DNA of 61,172 nt. It comes from Candidatus Woesearchaeota archaeon (GTDB lineage: Archaea; Nanobdellota; Nanobdellia; SCGC-AAA011-G17; JACPNG01). Positions within the stretch are counted from its first letter, which is position 1, and each line of letters begins with the position of its first letter. The translations under genes were made by a program, and so were the position numbers. Below, one piece after another: positions 60,091-61,172 of this stretch. The notes under the pieces are model-generated. The model did no database searches. It was not told the origin of the DNA and saw only the letters and a list, made by a program, of their open reading frames with translations. Location of the stretch: the NCBI GenBank assembly GCA_964455655.1, contig CAYVWZ010000001.1, positions 58,825-119,996 of the forward strand, given 5' to 3'.

Positions 60091-60822
60091 ATGACAGCAG
60101 AGTATGATGCTATCGCGGCAGAATACACTCGAATGTTAAAAAAATATCCTGGAAGACTTTATGTTATTGATCCTTCATTCATTAAAGCATTTGGAAATAT
60201 AAAAGGAAAAACAGTTTTAGACCTTGCATGCGGATCAGGACATTTTACTAGAGAACTTAAAAAATTAAAGGCAAGAACAGTTATGGGAATTGATATTTCT
60301 CAAGAAATGCTACGTTTAGCAAAAGAAGAAGAGAAAAAGAAACCTCAAGGAATAACATACCGCCTCATACATGCTTCTAAACTACCTAAACTTGGAGAAT
60401 ATGACCTGATCACTGCAGGATTTTTATTACATTATGCAAAAAGCGAAAAAGAATTGCAGGGAATGTGTAACTCCATTGCTAAAAATTTAAAGAGAAATGG
60501 AAGGTTTATAGCATTAAACAATAACCCTGCATATGCGTTTTCTAGCTACCCAAGCTTAGGAATTATTTATCATGGAACAAAGAAAACTGATGGCTCGAAA
60601 ATTACTATGAGTTTTAAAAATTTGGATAAAGATGTAGAACTAACTATCTATTATTGGAATAAACGCACATATGAGCGTTGTTTAAAAAAAGCAGGAATGA
60701 AGAATATTAAATGGAAACCCCTTACCGTAACTAAAAAAGGAATTAAAAAATATGGTAAAGATTTTTTTCAAAAATTTTTAGATAATCCCAGTGTTATAAT
60801 GATAGAAGCGTATAAGAACTAA
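60091..60822 (+). CDS. Class I SAM-dependent methyltransferase
   Basis: VLDLACGSG, GIDISQEML, YDLITAGFLLHY. Confidence 0.88.
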   Translation: MTAEYDAIAAEYTRMLKKYPGRLYVIDPSFIKAFGNIKGKTVLDLACGSGHFTRELKKLKARTVMGIDISQEMLRLAKEEEKKKPQGITYRLIHASKLPKLGEYDLITAGFLLHYAKSEKELQGMCNSIAKNLKRNGRFIALNNNPAYAFSSYPSLGIIYHGTKKTDGSKITMSFKNLDKDVELTIYYWNKRTYERCLKKAGMKNIKWKPLTVTKKGIKKYGKDFFQKFLDNPSVIMIEAYKN

Positions 60823-61145
60823 ATTAAAATTCCTTCAGGAGCCACTACTACTTTTTTATGAGGGAGGTTAATACCAACATTTGCAAGTGCAAACTCTCCT
60901 GATGCTTGAGGTTTACCACCTCTTATAGACAATAAAGAGAAACTTCCTTGTTTATCTCTTGGGATTACTGGTGAAGATCCTGGAAACACAACATCAAGAC
61001 CTCTTATGTGAGGCCAAATTTTTTGTAGCGCTTCACGTGTTTGAGATTCATATGATCCTAAGGGGAGTATTCCAAAAATAGTGACTGCGCGTTCAATAGG
61101 TAAGGGATATGTTATAGGGTCACCGGATTGCCATTGCTGTCCCAC
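60819..61145 (-). CDS. Hypothetical protein (orphan-like, Pro/Gly-rich)
   Basis: 108-aa ORF near the window edge; the true start may lie further upstream. Confidence 0.5.
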   Translation of the reverse strand: MGQQWQSGDPITYPLPIERAVTIFGILPLGSYESQTREALQKIWPHIRGLDVVFPGSSPVIPRDKQGSFSLLSIRGGKPQASGEFALANVGINLPHKKVVVAPEGILI

Positions 61146-61172
61146 AATGATCCCGTGCCGTCATCCACGATC

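Overview
A 61 kb chromosomal segment of a DPANN archaeon. Woesearchaeota-like is an inference from the divergent archaeal 16S and the gene content. Archaeal markers include rpl7ae-rps28e-rpl24e-ndk, aIF5B-rps6e-aIF2gamma, Rpp30, NAC, Sec61beta, Dph6 and GluRS. A minus-strand rRNA operon runs 16S - intron-containing tRNA-Ala(UGC) - 23S, with no linked 5S. Embedded in this archaeal backbone is a set of bacterial-type membrane-lipid enzymes: a Cfa methyltransferase coupled to an Rv3719/BfaA-like FAD oxidoreductase (the 10-methyl fatty acid pair), an intact Lgt with lipobox-bearing candidate substrates, and a CarF/TMEM189 desaturase. Other notable items are a long multidomain RelA/SpoT homologue, a chorismate mutase-TyrA-PCD operon, a MutY-PolX-AAG repair cluster, an L7Ae leader k-turn covering its own Shine-Dalgarno, unusual bases in the 23S peptidyl-transferase centre and 16S helix 44, a candidate structured ncRNA beside rpp30, an unannotated 25-aa Lys-rich CxxC ORF, and about a dozen dispersed Arg-rich/Lys-poor orphan ORFs. 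No CRISPR array, transposase or integrase was seen. All product calls are from motif recognition by eye; no database searches were run.
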